DNA of 63,411 nucleotides, the filler included, from Reticulomyxa filosa (Eukaryota > Protista > Foraminifera): assembly GCA_000512085.1 (NCBI GenBank). It is 19 parts of 19 records of this genome, joined end to end, with 100 filler letters (N's around TTAATTAATTAA, not from the genome) between each part and the next. Parts side by side here need not be neighbours in the genome. Positions count along the whole stretch, not along the records: positions 52,085 to 55,662 come from ASPP01018064.1; positions 55,763 to 58,317 come from ASPP01026353.1; positions 58,418 to 59,498 come from ASPP01021926.1; positions 59,599 to 63,411 come from ASPP01027130.1; 15 more parts are not named here. One strand, given 5' to 3'. Both the position numbers and the translations under genes were made by a program. The notes under the pieces are model-generated. The model made no database searches, was not told the origin of the DNA, and saw nothing but the letters and a program-made list of their open reading frames with translations. Positions 52,140 through 63,411 of this stretch are shown in pieces (the first letter of the stretch is position 1; the number at the start of each line of letters is the position of its first letter).

Positions 52140-55100
52140 GAAATCCATGCCCATAATCGTTGCGACATGCTCATCTCTTCTTTCCAACAAAGTAGGACAA
52201 ACTTTGCCTCTTTTAAAAACTCACGCTCTTTATCATTCACGTTATTTTCATTGGAAATCATCAATGAGATGGATCCTTTTTCACATCATATATTTTTCAA
52301 TTTTTTTTTTTTAAAAAAAACATTAACATATTAGATATGTTTTTTTTTTTTTTGTTGCAATTCTAGTTACCATCTTGGTTAATCAAAAAGAATTTGGAAG
52401 ATTGCCATTTTTGACACAAGCAAAATTGCGTATCTTTCTCCTTGACATTCACATCCATAAAAAATAGCTCTTTGGCAATTTCGATTGCATTGTTGGTTGT
52501 TTCGTGCTTGTATTGAATGGGATGATTATAAACAAGTCTATTCGCGAGCGATTTGGAATCGACCAAAATTTTAAATTGTGTGAATAAAAACTTGAAGAAT
52601 ATGGTATATTGTAAAGGGTTTTGTTGTATCAATCGCGTCGACCAATTGAAGGGCCATCGAGAAAAAAGAGATTTAATGCAATTATCGCAATCTGCGGCAG
52701 ACAGATCAAACATTATGTCTGGATCAATATCGGGAGTCTCAGAGGTGGAATAAGTCGACCATATCCAACCCGACTTTTTAAGTCTGTACAGAGGGGGAAA
52801 AAAAAGGCAATAAAGTATTTAACACAAAAAAGATCTCAACAAAATTCTCCACACCTTAGGTTGCCTGCTTGAAACTCTTTAATCCATTTAATACAATATT
52901 GCGCTTCTTCTCCAAATTCAAATGGGTTATTGATCTCGTTTACATTGATTGTCGGAAACTCTGATTTGGGAAACAGAGTGTACAAAATGTCTGCTGCAGT
53001 TCCTGGAAATGAATCAAATTTGGACGGAATTTCAATGAAGAATGCCATATTTGGATTCACATGGAAACTGCAACCATCGGTATCAATGTGTTGCAAATAC
53101 AACAATTGGAATAAGAAATCATTCATTTCTTTGCTCACACAAGATGATATATCCAAATGATATACCACCAACTCGTCTTTGGTCCTCTTCTTCTTTATCG
53201 CAATTTTTTCATTAAATTGACATGGATGATATTGCCAAAATGTGCTGACAGTGGAGTCCCAGTCAATTGTACTACTGTTAAATCTCACATAAATCCTTTT
53301 TAATTTTTGTTCTTTCTCAATATCATGTTTAATTCTCCATGTCTTTCCCATTCCAACATTCTCTGATTTATACAATTGGACAAACGATTTTCGATCGGCT
53401 CTTTTATCCAAAAATGAACTCCATTCTTTTGTGTACAAATTATCTTCCATATTCAATGACGTTTCGTTTGTATTAAATGTACATTTAAATTGTTGCAAAG
53501 TGATTGCTATCTCATTTTCTAGATTGGAGGAGATCACCACAAATAAATATGGATTCATTTGTCGCAATTCGGCTTGCTTTAATAACATGTGTTGCAAAAG
53601 CTTAGCCACTTGGGCCGAAGTTCTCTTTGTCATTTTTTCTGGCCAAACCAGACAATGCAATGGTGTTTGTGCATTTTGTTTGTTGTCTTCTTTGGTACAC
53701 AACAATGTCCGCAGTAGCAAACATTCGACATCCTCTTCTGTCGTTGTTTCTTTGCAGATTAATACATGTTCTGCTCGTGGGATCATTTAAGGCATTTATA
53801 CAAATTCAAGACTTTGGCAAATCCTTTCTCACGTTCAATTATCAAATTTGGCTTGCCTCGGCACAATTGATTTATTTGTGTAAGGCAATTAGGTGTAGTT
53901 TTATTGTTCTCTGAATTGCTCCAAATTTTCGAAGAGAGTTTACCCAATGATTGCAATGGCTCTTTATCTTCTTTCGATAGTATTTTCCATTCATCAACAA
54001 TTGAGGCTATATTCTGTAACCTAGAATCTAGTCTTTGAAAATAAGGCAAAATATATTTGGAAGCTAAGCCATCCCAGCATCCACAATCAAAGGATGAAAT
54101 TCGATGCATTTTTTTAATTAAATGTTGTGCTTCATTTAACGTGAAATAGGTTAGACCAGGATAAGCATTCCTCAATGAAAGACACTCCTTTTTCCATTTA
54201 TCCAATCTATTATCCCATTCTTTATTTTCTTTTTTAAATATATCAATAGGATCTCTAGCATGTAATATCAACTTTTCCTTTTTGTCACGTCCGCCTCTTT
54301 CCCAATAGTCAATTCGAATCGCATAAATATCTTTGCAAATTTCATATTGAAAGATTATTTTTTCAATTTTTTTTTTTGCTTCGCTTGTCAAACCGAGTTT
54401 CAGTTGATCAAGTGTATTCTCGATGCGGTCACAATTCAAAGCGGTCTTTCCGAATTGCAATGTCAATCCTTCATGTTTATCCATTTTTGATTTGATCTTT
54501 GCGGAAAAATTTGGAACGGCATTCAATTGATGGAGACCAAACATTGTTTCATAATCATCCAATACCCATTTACCTGTTTGGCCTGCTTGTTCAAATTGCG
54601 CGAACCCTTTTATCACCGACAACTGATCGCCTTCCTTGACCAAACGGAAAATCTCGGCAAAATCTATGCGCAAACACTTTACCAACTTGCTGCCAAAATT
54701 GTTATCGCTTTGTTCAAGCAGTGTAAGTATAACCTTTGCCAAATCATAGATCGATTGAAAGTCCATGTCCCAGATTTTTGCTTTCATATTTTGATTGACT
54801 TCGCGTAATGTAGCCGCCAAATGGCGAAACTTTTCATTTTGGGAATCATCCATTCTTTGCATTGCAAATTCAAATTGTGATTGATCCGCAAAAATTTCAT
54901 TGGTTGCCAAATCTTGGATTTTTTGTTGATTTTTGCAAATGGATTCCAACACATCTTTTTTATGTGAAATATTGTCAAGATAATGTTGGCATTCTAAATA
55001 CCATTCAGATACCTCTGTAATGGTTGCTTCTTTTTTGGTTTTTTCCGATTGATCAACAATTTTTATAAAATCTTGCCATTTCTCGTCTACATTTTGCTGC

Positions 55101-55662
55101 TTTTCGTCGTTTGCGGCATTTGCAATTGCTCTATTTTTATGGGCAGTTTGAATTATCCTGGTTGCTTTTTTTAAGAGGTGCCAATGCGCTTCTGTTTGTA
55201 AAAAGCAAAAGGCATTTTTGATGTTTTGCAAATACGGTATTATATTTTCCTCCTGGAGTTTGGGGTCGGAAAATAAAATGTCTATCTCTGCTTTCGATTT
55301 GATATTCGTGAACATCTTTAAATCGGCATATCGCAATGTATTATCCTTAGTTTTGGTAATCAAATAATCCCATTCAAAATTTGCCTGTTTAAATACACCT
55401 ATGATATCAGCAATGGTGGAAATTGGATTGAGCATGTGTCTTTTCCATATGTTATGAAACAAGCTATTTTTGACTTGATCCACCAACCATTGAAATTCCT
55501 TACTAAAATCATTCAACACATTTTTTTCTTTTTCGAATTTGGTTTCCATATCCGAAATGTACTGATCATCCAACTTTCTACAAAACTCATAAAATGCATT
55601 TAATCCAGTAGGAATTGCCGATAGATATCTCTGTAAAACTATTATGAAATTATCTGCCAATT
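52140..55662 (-). CDS. Second RNF213/mysterin-like AAA+ protein (internal fragment), paralog of 39287-46469
   Basis: LRNAYPGLTYFTLNEA, GKPNLII, IPRAEHVLICKETTTEEDVECLLLR, LYKSENVGMGKT and VYHLDISSCVSKEMNDFLFQLLYLQHI...FHVNPNMAFFIEIPS. ORFs 53783-55660 and 52836-53786 join by adding one A at CTTAAATGATC. Confidence 0.8.
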
Positions 55663-57739
55663 NNNNNNNNNNNNNNNNNNNNNNNNNNNNNNNNNNNNNN
55701 NNNNNNTTAATTAATTAANNNNNNNNNNNNNNNNNNNNNNNNNNNNNNNNNNNNNNNNNNNNACCAAAAAGAAATATTATTCGCGATTGAACTGGGACAA
55801 TTTTTTTCAAATATTCCAATGCCATCTTATGGTTGGATAATTTCTAAATACGACATCCACTCTGTCGCCCTTGTGTGATGGACAGGCCTTGGCGTCGGAT
55901 AATGGTCGCGATTAAAAATTTCTGCATCCATCACCATGCGCTCATTCGACAATATTTGGATTGGCGATTCAATTACAGAAGATACCATTTGTATTTTCTT
56001 TTTCATTATTGGACGATTCGTTCTTGAGTGCAATTGTTCAACGATCTTGAGTACGCCAAAGTCACTACGCGATTCACAATTTAAAACAATGTCGATTCGA
56101 ACCCAACTAAACTTGACGACTTGCACTTTATTGTTCTCCAAGTACTGTGAGAGCGCAACAAATACAAACAGTTTTTTTCTCTTTCTTTTCACTATCATTA
56201 ATGCTTATCTCACTCGCGATCTCAATATTTCTTCCATCAGCAGCACACGGACGACTAAAAAGCCATGTTGCGAATGTGCGTACGCTCACGACCAGTCGAC
56301 ACGAGTAGTTAGCGCTGTTTTTATAACAATCGCGTTTCCCTTATTCGTTGGAACATGTAAATCGCAACTTGACGACTTAATTGTTGGCGTAACAAAGCGC
56401 CAGAGACTTGTGTGCACATATGTTAATGGTCAAGTCCGTTCCAATTGTTTGCACTACCACTGTAAGGCATTTCCACACACTTATTCATTATCTTTGACCG
56501 GCGCGTTCTATTAGAAGGTATTGCATGGTCTGGAAGCACAAAGTCTTCACTAGCGGGCGTGAAGGGCTATACATAACTACACTTAAAAAATCTGGAGACA
56601 ATTTTTTTTAAACGATCCAACGCGAGATTCTTTCTTCATCCACATCATTTCTTCATCTTCATCATATTTATCTTTTTACCTATCGATATCCAACGGAGTT
56701 TCGCACAAATAATTCACCAAGTTGAACCACTTTATATGGAATATTCTCCCAATTATCGATTTTCTCGCTTGCGATGAGTAAGTTTTTCCTAACGACTTCC
56801 ACATTCTTTGCTTCATCGACTTCCACTTTTTTCTCTGCAGCGGTTGCGATACAATCTTTTCTACTTTACGCATATCCCAACATATTTCTTTTTTCTTCTT
56901 GGTGAGCTTTCTTTCGTCGTCTAGCTGCACCAAGGCCCAACTTTCCGGGATTGGCATGTGAAAATTTTGTCCAGCTGTTCCGTGATATGGACTTTGTACT
57001 TGAAAAAAATATCACTTTGATGATAGACACATTTTGCGCGATCATTTCTAGTACAGCCAAGTTTGGATTTGCACTTTAATGATGGAACCAATTTTTTTGT
57101 TCATTCTTGAGCGTATTCGTTGCGAACGATTTTTCCAATTAGTTTACACAAGGTTCAAACACAAAGTTTCGAATGTACGTAGGCACACGACGTTTCGCTT
57201 GTTCTGGATTTATAAAGTTAGCGTAATTTCTGTGACGACTGATTTTTACTGTTTGTTGACGCATGTAGTAGCAGTTCAATCGTCTTCAAATAATTGTTGG
57301 AGTAACACATCATCAAAGAGATTTGTTCGCCTAAGTTGATGGCAAATAAGTTTTTCAATGTTTCGGTTTGCCACTGATTGAACTTCCATTGGAGGGCGAT
57401 ATGTGAAGTTAGTCCACGCCCGCGAGTGTCGACTTTGCGCATTTCCAGAAATAAAGCGCAATTCACATAACCAAACCCGGAAAGCCTGACGCCTTCTTCT
57501 TCTTCATTATTCTTTTTCATCCCACCCTTTTCCCTTTTACTTTTCTTCTTTTTTTCTATCTTTTATCTTTTTTTTCTTTTTTCATTTTATCTCTTTTTAA
57601 TATTTTTTTACTTTTTTCCAACTGCCATTTTTTTATTATTTTATTTTTCAACATTTTTAATTTTTTTATTTCTCATTCTTTTCCTTTTCTTAAATAAAAT
57701 TTTTATATATTTTTTCCAATTTATTTTTAAATTTTTTTT

Positions 57740-57805
57740 TCCATATTTTTTCCAATCTTTCCCAACCTTTTCCCCATCTTTTCCCAACCCTTTTCCAATC
57801 TCTTT
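57740..57805. repeat. ~11-nt pyrimidine minisatellite (TTTTCCCAACC-like)
   Basis: About five imperfect units (ttttccaatct, ttcccaacct, ttccccatct...) within a long T/C-rich tract. Confidence 0.55.
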
Positions 57806-58745
57806 TCTTCATCTCAAATATAAATAAAAAACAAAAACAGAAAAAAAAACTTTCCAATTTGATTTGATCTTGACCCCTATTTGACACTAATAAAGTAAAG
57901 TTTTTTCATTTTTTTAAAAAAAATCAACATACTTTTGCATTGGAGCTCAAAGCTCTCATTCTAATTTTCATATTTTTTTTCTTTGCAAGAAGAGTGGAGG
58001 AGGATAAACACTTTTTTTTGGGGGGGCATGCCTGTTCAAACACAAACATACGTCTTATTAAAAAAAAAAATAAAAAAATAAAAAATAACTTTTTCATTAT
58101 TTTTTGAACACGGGGATTGCTTCAACCCCTAAGTTTTTCTTTGGAGGGAATGGACGTATACATTTTTTATTTTTTTTTTGGACAGAGGGCTGCAGCTGTA
58201 ATGCAAAAAACACATAATGTCATTATGCAAAAAAATAAAAAAAAAAATAGATTTAACAAACCATGATTTCTCATTGTGGAGACGGGGGACCTTGCCCATT
58301 TTCTTTTTTCTTTTGTTNNNNNNNNNNNNNNNNNNNNNNNNNNNNNNNNNNNNNNNNNNNNTTAATTAATTAANNNNNNNNNNNNNNNNNNNNNNNNNNN
58401 NNNNNNNNNNNNNNNNNGTTCGAATTAAATTGAACAATACATAAACTATTGCTTAATTGTTGTAGACCCTCTTGAGATATACATTTTCCCTTTTTTGTAA
58501 TCGTGAACCTGAAGTTGAAAGTCAAGATTCATACAAATTATGTTAGTTTATACAGATTGCAATGAAAGTGTGTTTTGCTGGAATAATTTTTTTTTCCTGG
58601 CGAAAGTGCACAAGTTTGGCAGGTGTCTTTATTTTGGAACCGTTGAAAGTCAAACAACAAACCCTTTGATTTTTTCCTTCCCCTTCATCTCATTTGGAAG
58701 TGTTATTAATATTTTACTCTTTCCTTTACGTTGAGTAATTATACA

Positions 58746-59393
58746 ATGTCCACAAAAGAACAGCTACCTCCTTCAACAACTGCTGCTCTTTATAATTCTT
58801 TAGTCAAATTAGGGCTTGAGAAAGCAGCCGCAGGCTTACTTGCAGACACAAAGAAAAACAAAAACGAGCTGACCAAAAGCCCAGACGTAGGTTTATTGGA
58901 ATGGATCAAAAAGTACCCAGGCGACAAGTTAAATCATTTGTAATAGGAAGAGAAGAAAGACTACCAAGCAACTAAAATTTTTTAAAAGCCCGCCAAGGTG
59001 GAAAAGAAGGAAGATAAAAAAAAAAAAAAAAAAAAATGGACCACGAACTTCAAAAACAAAGAAGTAAACACACTCGAGCAGAGAGAAGAGTGATAGAGAG
59101 AGATAGAGTGGTTGTAATACAAATAAATAATGAATGACACGAACGGACGACTGACCGATAACTGATAACAAATGAAACACAGGATAAGCGGGAAAAAGCG
59201 CAACTTGGAAACTGCGGAAGACGACACTCATGCCAACAAAAAGCGAAAAGTCAATGTTGAAGTGGAGGATGAAGGAGACGGCCCCGAGTCAGCAAATGAA
59301 GGACCACAATCAGCCGACGAGGAAAGCCCTGAAGAGAGCGAAAATGAACAAGTCGCAGAAAGCGATGGTGATAGCAACGATGAAAGACAGTAT
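58746..59393 (+). CDS. Nuclear/nucleolar protein with an N-terminal LisH-like motif (Nopp140/SRP40-like?), partial
   Basis: ALYNSLVKLGLEKAAAGLLADT fits the LisH pattern. The later exon has a KKRKV NLS and an acidic/Ser-rich tract. Confidence 0.45.
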
Positions 59394-59672
59394 GTATCTA
59401 TTTATGCTTTGGTCCCTCCTCTCTCTTTCTACAGCTGATTGTTGCAATGAGCAGACAGAAGAATCGCAACTTTTCCCCTCTTTTTTTTTTTTTTTTTTNN
59501 NNNNNNNNNNNNNNNNNNNNNNNNNNNNNNNNNNNNNNNNNNTTAATTAATTAANNNNNNNNNNNNNNNNNNNNNNNNNNNNNNNNNNNNNNNNNNNNAG
59601 AATTGAATTGGCAAATGAAAGCAAAATATATACATATACATACATATACATATATATATATATATAAAAGAA

Positions 59673-60349
59673 TTGAATAAAGTGAAGAAGGCATTGGAAA
59701 ATGAGAAGCTTGAATGTGAAGCAAACAAGATAAAGGCAGAGTTATGGGAGCAAACGGTGACAGGTAGGAGAGAATTGAAGAAGAGTGAGCGACGAAGTGC
59801 ATCTGTAGCACGAATTGAGCAAAGCATCCAAAGCGAGACATTGGAAGAGATGCAACAGTTATTGGAAGATCGAGACTATGAAAGCGATAAATTGCAAAAG
59901 CAATTACAAACGAATGCAAATATGAAAGAAAGATTGGAAAGAGCGACCGAGCATACGCGTGAGACGATATCGCGTGGAATATTGTACGCACGCCCAGACA
60001 CATGCGAGTGGACCACGAGGTGTGGCAACGATCGTACGAGCTGAAGTCGTTGACGGTGAACAAAGCTCATATCGAGCCGGCCTTCCAAGCAGTCGATCCA
60101 AGACAAGGGCATCTTTGTCGACCCGCAGACCGTCGAGTCCAACGCTCTTTGAAAGCGTCGTATTTCAATTGAATCTATTACGTCGTCGTGTGTTCAGTAC
60201 TTAACAACAACAACAACAACAAACATTCAATTCTATCGCATCTTTATTTTCAAAACAAGTCATTCAATTTGGCTCTTTTTCATTCGATGAACACTCGAAC
60301 AATAGTTAAATTGATGCTCTTTTCACTTCCAATTACGATCATTACATAC

Positions 60350-60380
<31 letters not shown>

Positions 60381-60946
60381 GCAGACCAAAATAAAAATAA
60401 AAATGAAACTGCAGCAACGACCAACGGCCCAGGAAATGCGCAGCCGATGCATCTTGTTCGGCCACCCCCCAACTTATTGCACGTGCGATAAAATGTGCCA
60501 TAAATGAAATCCGAAGATTGCAACAAATAATAGCGGACACGAGTATGATAAAGAATTACTTAGAGAATGAAAACAATGCTCTTCGCGATAGTCTGAGAAA
60601 TACGCAACTCCATAAGGACGAAGAGTATCGAATGCGATTGCAACTGTACTCGGTTGTGCAGGAACATTCGTTGAAGGAAATAACGCAAGGGATTGAACAT
60701 GAAAGTGTTCGAGATTCCAATAAACAATTCGTCAATGAGATCACGGTATTTTATCAAAAACTCATGGACTGTCGTCATATCTCTTCCCCATTGACTTGGC
60801 CGATTCGCTTTCGCCATTCGTTCGCCAATCAAGTCCAGTCAATGCAAGAACACTTGCATTCTTCGTTACTGGGCAATGTCGCCAATTCATCCAACAGAAA
60901 TATCTTCACGTTCTTTGCGGAAGTCTCCGAAATATTATATTTGTGA
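59673..60946 (+). CDS. Coiled-coil hypothetical protein, 3' exons
   Basis: E/K/Q/L-rich heptad-like open frames at 59673-60044 and 60518-60946, separated by a microsatellite-containing intron. Confidence 0.5.
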
Positions 60947-63411
60947 TAATGATTTTTCGCTAGTGTCCAAATGTTCACAATTCAGTAAATATTGCGAATA
61001 TTAGTTACCATAGTCTGTACTATTACTAGATTATAAATTTGTGTTATGTTTAGTGTTATTTAGTGATTGAAAGGCTTCATTGATGATAAAATGTATTTCC
61101 ATTTAGTAAGTCTTTCAATCATTAGTATCCAGGTCCTCTTACAAAACAGCGACATAGTCTAGATTACGGTGCTGACATGTAAGTGAATTGCGACCAAACT
61201 GTCGTATTTCTTTTTTTTATTTATAAAAAAGTATTAAGAAAAACATTTTCGATTTATGAAATTACAGAATAATGATAAAATTTTCATTTTCTCATACCTT
61301 CAACATTGCAAAGGGTAAAAAAAAGAAGATAAATTCACATGCGCAAATAAATTAAAAATTTTAATTTGAGGTAATTTCTAGAAACACTAACAATTGTCAA
61401 AAATTCATGACACAACGACAACTTTCCCAGCAGTCGAATATTTGTCTGTTATGTTGTTCTTTTCATACATCATTCGAAAAGCCATTTGACACATGGAGAC
61501 AACATTTGTAAATATGTTTTAGACTTTTTTGGTATCAAGCCATAAAAAAAGAAAAATTTATTTAATGTTGAATCATTTCTGCCTCTAAATAGAAAAAAAT
61601 CTACAGATTAGAACTTGTGCAACAATCAAAACGTTGCCAAGATATGCTTTCATAATTCATTTTTCAATACTTTATTTCTTTTGGTATCAGTTGTTGTAGT
61701 TTTTACAAATTGGTTTATTCAATTCTGTTATAAGTTGAGAATAATTATTTGATTAACTGTCCATTTTTCGCAAATGAATACAAAATAAAATAAATTACAA
61801 TGGGGAATATAAATATTTATTATCATTGAATATACTCATGCGTTTGAATTGTGCCCATTTCTATTCTTATGTTCACAAGTTGGATTTCATTTATGAACGT
61901 TGTAATGCTCTCGATTTCTTTCCTTCTCTATACTTATGTGCAACAAAACGATTGTCCACTTTATGAATAAACAAAGATTTGTTGTAGTAATTGATATTTT
62001 GGTTCTGCAACTGGTGCTAGATATCGGCGTTATCTTTTTACATTTTATTCAAACTTTTTCTTATTTGCTTTTGTCTTATCTCGAAAAAGTAGCAGCAAAA
62101 GCGCATTGCTATATTTTTTGACAAAATTGTATGTTTTTTATATTTTGGTGCTATTCTGTTGAGTGTACACTTATTAACTCTTTTAGATTGTTGTCATATT
62201 TTTTGATTCACATGGACTTCAAGGATTTGAAGCACGAGCTTTGTGTATCAGAGACAAAGCAAAAAATTATTGATATGACACAAACGACTCAAAATAAAGA
62301 CTTGAATGGATTGAAAAGAAAAAGATTTTCATGCTGCTGGAGATAATGTGATTACTCTGAGCGATCAACATAAAGAAATCTAAAACTAATCAATCAAAGG
62401 AAATACAAAATGAAAAAATTGTATGTATTTAAAGAGTAAATTCAATCTGAAAAATCATTTGCACTTCTATATTCTATACTTTGCACAGCATTTGTATTTT
62501 TCTAATTTTCATTTATTACTTGTTTCCAGTTGAAAAAAAAAGTAGCAAAATGTTTATCACGATGGAAGTCTCTTTAGTAATTGTCATCACATGTTAATAT
62601 CTTTTATTGAGAAATATGAACACAAATAATTTTGGCTGCAAGAGTAGTCAAAAGATTAAAAATTATTGTTTAATGAAAAAAAAATTATCATAATTGCATA
62701 TTTGAATAATTTCAACTACACTTATGTATGAAGTTTTGTCTGCAATACAGTAATGAAAATATTACCTTTCTAAGCTTTGAAAATATGTAATGAACCGAAT
62801 GATGACAAATAAAAAAATAAAAAATCTGGAACTAGACCCTTTTGAAGAAACTCTTCAATTTGTCGTAATTTTGTTTCAATTAAAAAATATATTTATATTT
62901 TATTTTGAGATTATGCCTTATTGAGTTATTTTATTATTAAATCAATCAAGTCAATTAAAATAATGGATTACAAAAGGGAGCGGAGTTCAGTTTTTTGAAA
63001 AATGTAGAACGTTTGTCTCTTGAAAACAAACTACAAACTTTTTGCTGCCTGCTCGTAGATACATGTAAAGTTTGTTAGTACTTAAAACTTGACGTCGTTA
63101 GCGTCACAGTAACACGAGTTACAAGAATTGCTGTTGTCTGCAGGCAAAAACCGCTCCATAAACAGTACTGAGCGTAAGAGATTTGTAAACATGCATTTTT
63201 GTAATCGTCTTTATACAAGGAAGCACACTTCAACAAGTGTTAATGTTAAAGGGAGCAATCAACACAAAGCTTTTTTTTTAAGCGAAAAATAATAACACTT
63301 TTTTTAAGTCATTGTTTTCAAAACAAATTAACATTATAATCATAAGCAAACACTGCAGTTATGCAAGAATGTGCATTTTTTTCAGTTTTTTCTTATTGTC
63401 GACTACGAAAC

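Noticed and set aside
39287-55662. Physical immune gene cluster (RNF213-like, SAM protein, RNF213-like)
   Set aside because: The genes lie on different contigs separated by linkers, and both RNF213-like genes are truncated at them. Adjacency is unproven.
57540-58317. T/C-rich tract as telomeric or subtelomeric sequence
   Set aside because: Units are irregular and few, and the surrounding homopolymer-inflated sequence looks like a low-quality read end (as does 46570-46960).
61000-63411. Short ORFs in the AT-rich tail
   Set aside because: No recognisable motifs or splice-consistent frames; probably intergenic or decayed sequence.

Overview
Eukaryotic, very AT-rich, intron-dense draft genomic DNA. 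It is made of 19 short contigs joined by an artificial 100-nt linker (N44-TTAATTAATTAA-N44), so gene neighbourhood across linkers is mostly uninformative. The style (short introns full of T/A runs and TA/TATG microsatellites, PT-repeat secreted proteins, many decayed pseudogenes) suggests a rhizarian protist such as the foraminiferan Reticulomyxa; this is an inference, not verified. Recognisable genes: a full multi-exon DNA polymerase theta (POLQ), a Dicer-type DExD/H helicase 5' part, a Ser/Thr kinase, a Cdc25/Acr2-like rhodanese phosphatase, an S10 serine carboxypeptidase, a DUF3605 protein, a WRAP73/WDR8 3' end, an FCP1/SCP phosphatase pseudogene and a triple-SAM protein. There is also a decayed Tc1 (DD34E) transposase with a family of TA-flanked MITE derivatives. 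The most interesting content is two divergent paralogous RNF213/mysterin-like giant AAA+ genes, one apparently starting with SAM plus two cold-shock/OB-like domains: a candidate lineage-expanded, cell-autonomous immune sensor family in a protist. Also notable are A-run (purine-rich) splice acceptors, a long structured-looking insert in the POLQ polymerase, a CE-clan-like protease pseudogene, and recurrent 1-nt homopolymer deficits (probably sequencing error).
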